DNA of 64,000 nt from Candidatus Latescibacterota bacterium. Its GTDB lineage: Bacteria > Latescibacterota > UBA2968. The stretch is taken from NCBI GenBank assembly GCA_965198115.1, contig OZ240241.1, positions 5,280,001 to 5,344,000 on the forward strand, given 5' to 3'. Shown in pieces: positions 61,059 to 64,000 of this stretch (within the stretch, counting starts at the first letter, position 1; each line of letters opens with the position of its first letter). The notes beneath the pieces were generated by a model. The model was not told the DNA's origin. It searched no databases and was given only the letters and a program-made list of their open reading frames with translations. A program made the translations under genes and the position numbers.

Positions 61059-61934
61059 ATGTCAACAATCCCCGAAATCCACCCCGACGAAGTCATCGAC
61101 TTCATGAATGTCGACACGACCGACTTCGAATCCTTCTCACGCGCAGAACAGATCCGTCATCTCGAAGTCGAAGGCTACGTCGTTCTGCCCAACATGTTGA
61201 AAGCCGACCATATCTCGCGTCTCAAAGCCGAGCTCGCGAACGTCGAGATGCATCCAAAGCCCTACAGCGAATACCTCACGACCGGGGGCCAGCAGCCGCA
61301 GTTCGTGAGTCGTGCGGTCACCGAGCTCATCGGCCATCCACCGATGATCGGATTCCTCACCGAGCTGATGGGCCCCGACATCGTCTTTACTCGCGGCTTC
61401 TTTCAGCGCACGAATCCCGGGTCGCCCGGCATCTCACTGCACACCGACGGCCAGCCTTTCGGCTCCTCCATCTTCGACTACGAGGGCAGCTCGCCCAAGC
61501 TGATCCGCGTCCTCTACTACCTCGACGACCTCATCCCCGAGCGCGCCCCATTCCGTCTGATCCCGCGCAGCCACCTCTCCTTCCACGCGCAAGCCAACCC
61601 GTACGTACGCTACAAGTCCCATCCCGAGGAAAAAACGATCTGTGCGAAAGCAGGCTCGGCCGTCCTCATCCCTATCACCCTCTTCCACGCCACCCATCCC
61701 AATACCGATGCATCGCCTCGCGAGCTGATCCAGTTCGGATACCGACCCGCCTGGGCAGGTCCCATCCAGCCGATGGATGAATGGGATGAGAAGTGGGTCG
61801 CCTCATTACCTGAGCGGTCGAAGCCATACGTCCAAAGCCTCAACACGACCGGTGGCGTCTGGGGACTCGAGCACAAGCCTGCTGGAATGACGACCGATGC
61901 GCCCGGCATTAATCCCAGCCGCTGGGGTGATTGA
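61059..61934 (+). CDS. PhyH-like dioxygenase
   Basis: EGYVVLP, LHTD, LIPRSH, FHA, PRE. Confidence 0.9.
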   Translation: MSTIPEIHPDEVIDFMNVDTTDFESFSRAEQIRHLEVEGYVVLPNMLKADHISRLKAELANVEMHPKPYSEYLTTGGQQPQFVSRAVTELIGHPPMIGFLTELMGPDIVFTRGFFQRTNPGSPGISLHTDGQPFGSSIFDYEGSSPKLIRVLYYLDDLIPERAPFRLIPRSHLSFHAQANPYVRYKSHPEEKTICAKAGSAVLIPITLFHATHPNTDASPRELIQFGYRPAWAGPIQPMDEWDEKWVASLPERSKPYVQSLNTTGGVWGLEHKPAGMTTDAPGINPSRWGD

Positions 61935-61947
61935 GCGACGTCAGCAG

Positions 61948-62988
61948 ATGAGTAAGTCTCCGAATCTCAAGGTCGGCATCATCGGGTGCGGCGCACACGG
62001 CCGTGGCCACGTCAAAGGCTACACCGAGCTCCTAGAAGCAGACGTCGTGGCCGTCACGGACCTGGACCCAGACAAAGCACGAGAGGCATCGCTCGAGTTC
62101 GACGTCAAGCATTACTATGTCGACTACCGCAAGATGCTCGACGAACACGCGCCCGACATCGTCAGCCTCGCCTTGCCGCCGGCAGTCAACCTGGACGCGA
62201 CCATCGCTTCCCTCGAAGCCGGGGCGAACGTCCTGATCTCCAAACCACTCGCATTGAACGTCGATCAGGCGAAGCAAATGATTGCGACGGCCGACCGATG
62301 CGGGAAACACCTTTCTATGGGTCTCCAGAATCGCTTCAGCCCCGATGCCCGCGCCCTGCGTCGATTTCTTGCAGACGGCAAGCTGGGCCACGTCTACCAC
62401 ACGCGCATCTGGCACGGCCACGTGATGCACATCCCACCCACGCCCACCATGTATCGTCGCGAGTTGGCGGGCGGAGGCGTGGTCTTTCACACGACTGTCC
62501 ACCTTCTCGACGTAACCCTGTGGATCCTGGGCAATCCAAAGCCTGTTCGCGTCTCCGCATCGAGCTACCAGAAAGTGGGCCGAATGAAGACGCCACGCAT
62601 TTCCTGGTCGGGTTCGGCCGAGGATTGCGACATCGAGGACTTCAACGTCGGTCTGGTCCACTTCGAGGACGGATCGACGATGACGGTCGAAAGCAACTGG
62701 ATGATGCACCCACGTGCTCGGCAGAGTGGAGCGGAAATCCTTGGAGACTGGGGCGTCGCAAGCCTGCGTCCTTTGAAGGTCGAGCTGGAAGAGGGTGAAG
62801 ACATCATTGACGTCACACCTGACACGGACGACGACAAGCCAGGGACGGTTTACCAGGACTTCTGCAGGAGCATTCTCGAAAATCGAGCACCCACTGTCCT
62901 GCCCAACGAAATGCTCGACGTACAACGGGTGTTGGACGCACTCTACGAAGCGGCGGAATCCGGGAAAGAGATCGAAATCAGGGACTGA
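61948..62988 (+). CDS. Gfo/Idh/MocA family oxidoreductase
   Basis: IIGCG, SKP, NRF, GGGV..HLLD. Confidence 0.92.
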   Translation: MSKSPNLKVGIIGCGAHGRGHVKGYTELLEADVVAVTDLDPDKAREASLEFDVKHYYVDYRKMLDEHAPDIVSLALPPAVNLDATIASLEAGANVLISKPLALNVDQAKQMIATADRCGKHLSMGLQNRFSPDARALRRFLADGKLGHVYHTRIWHGHVMHIPPTPTMYRRELAGGGVVFHTTVHLLDVTLWILGNPKPVRVSASSYQKVGRMKTPRISWSGSAEDCDIEDFNVGLVHFEDGSTMTVESNWMMHPRARQSGAEILGDWGVASLRPLKVELEEGEDIIDVTPDTDDDKPGTVYQDFCRSILENRAPTVLPNEMLDVQRVLDALYEAAESGKEIEIRD

Positions 62989-63029
62989 ATCTGCCGATTC
63001 CCCATCAGGGCAGACGGAGACCAGATTGA

Positions 63030-63788
63030 ATGGACAAACAAACGATTATCTACGGTGAAGTGCTGGGCGCAGGATTGCTGGCTGACATCGCAAGCCCATC
63101 TGGCGACGGCCCGCACCCGGTCATCGTCGGTGTCCACGGGGGGCGCTGGCACTACAGTAATCGTGCTGCGTTGGGTGCGGCGCCCGACGTCCATCAATGG
63201 GCGGCCTTGGGCTACTTCGCGCTGTCGATCGAGTATCGACTCGTCACGTGTACCCCGGCCCCGGCGTGCTTTCAGGACGCCCTCTGCGCCATCCGATGGG
63301 TCCACGCCCACGCAGACGAGTATCGACTCGATCTTGATCGCGTCTACATCACCGGAATGTCCGCCGGTGGACACCTCGTCTCTCTCGCCGCCACGCTGGG
63401 TGGCGAACACTTCCCGAAAACCGGTGGGTGGGAGGATCAGCCCTGTGACTTCCGTTCGGCCATCAGCGTATCCGGCGCTTACGATCTCCTGAAGCTGAAT
63501 TGGGCGTGTGGGTGGATCACACCCGGTGTGCCGTGGGATGATGCGAGACGTTTAGGGTCGCCGCTCGAGCACGTATCGCCCGAGACCAAACCGATGCTCG
63601 TGTTCCATTCCGAGAACGACGGTTCGATCCCCTTCGATCAGGCCGTCAGAATGGACGAAGCGCTGACGGAGCACGGCGTTCACCACTGCTTTCTGCAATA
63701 CCCGGACCGCGGCCATATCGGACTAACGGAAGACTTCGTCCTCGAGGAAAGCGTCCGCTTCATCCAGGAGGTCGAATCAGCGCAGTGA
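63030..63788 (+). CDS. Alpha/beta hydrolase (HSL-like esterase)
   Basis: HGG, YRL, GMSAGG, D..P and GH catalytic residues. Confidence 0.92.
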   Translation: MDKQTIIYGEVLGAGLLADIASPSGDGPHPVIVGVHGGRWHYSNRAALGAAPDVHQWAALGYFALSIEYRLVTCTPAPACFQDALCAIRWVHAHADEYRLDLDRVYITGMSAGGHLVSLAATLGGEHFPKTGGWEDQPCDFRSAISVSGAYDLLKLNWACGWITPGVPWDDARRLGSPLEHVSPETKPMLVFHSENDGSIPFDQAVRMDEALTEHGVHHCFLQYPDRGHIGLTEDFVLEESVRFIQEVESAQ

Positions 63789-63861
63789 TGTCGACCGACA
63801 CAAGCGAAGCCTACTGCGAGGGTACCGAGCTCATCGTTCAATTCGAGGATATGCACACCGC

Positions 63862-63889
63862 GTAGGGACGCTTCGCGAACCGTCCTTAC
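63862..63889 (+). repeat. GTAG-type REP-like hairpin
   Basis: gtagggacg-cttcgcgaac-cgtccttac. Confidence 0.65.
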
Positions 63890-63904
63890 TCTCACGTTTC
63901 CGCT

Positions 63905-64000
63905 ATGGGGAAACGACCCTTGCCTGACTCCCCACATCGACGAATCGCCGTCATCGATCTCGGCTCCAACACCGCCCGTCTGATCCTGCTCAGCGCCGTG
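63905..64000 (+). CDS. ppx: Ppx/GppA family phosphatase, 5' end only
   Basis: RIAVIDLGSNTARL motif runs off the window end. Confidence 0.75.
   Translation, partial: MGKRPLPDSPHRRIAVIDLGSNTARLILLSAV

Noticed and set aside
1-64000. High TCGA/GATC frequency as a HIP1-like signal
   Set aside because: Plausibly explained by GTC/ATC/CTC plus GAx codon pairs; cannot be shown without counting.

Overview
A GC-rich bacterial window (about 60% by eye), mostly coded on the + strand. It opens with two tandem beta-propeller sensor histidine kinases, an IS200/IS605 tnpA-only element, a cNMP-binding protein and a relic of a third kinase. About 54 kb of catabolic-type enzyme genes follow: seven PhyH-like Fe(II)/2-oxoglutarate dioxygenases, four tandem D-2-hydroxyacid dehydrogenases, three amidohydrolases, four Gfo/Idh/MocA oxidoreductases, two SDRs, a sulfatase, a ThDP enzyme, enolase- and UxuA-like dehydratases, an aldolase, GH32/GH43/GHL10/PL22-like proteins, a fatty acid desaturase, a CocE/NonD hydrolase and an intact IS256 with an 8-bp TSD. 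The window ends in the start of a Ppx/GppA gene. This gene content resembles Latescibacterota/Poribacteria-type genomes (inference only). About 13 single-base frameshifts, many at short homopolymers, and two in-frame stops suggest long-read consensus errors. I saw no CRISPR array, rRNA or tRNA. The most unusual signals: (1) a layered system of small repeats, including a 27-nt mini-element that sits inside other repeats and appears to replace 3 nt (net +24 nt, frame-preserving); (2) two different palindromes inserted in frame into the same ATPase-domain loop of the two kinases; (3) PhyH-fold enzymes with H-x-G instead of H-x-D, the pattern seen in Fe/2OG halogenases.
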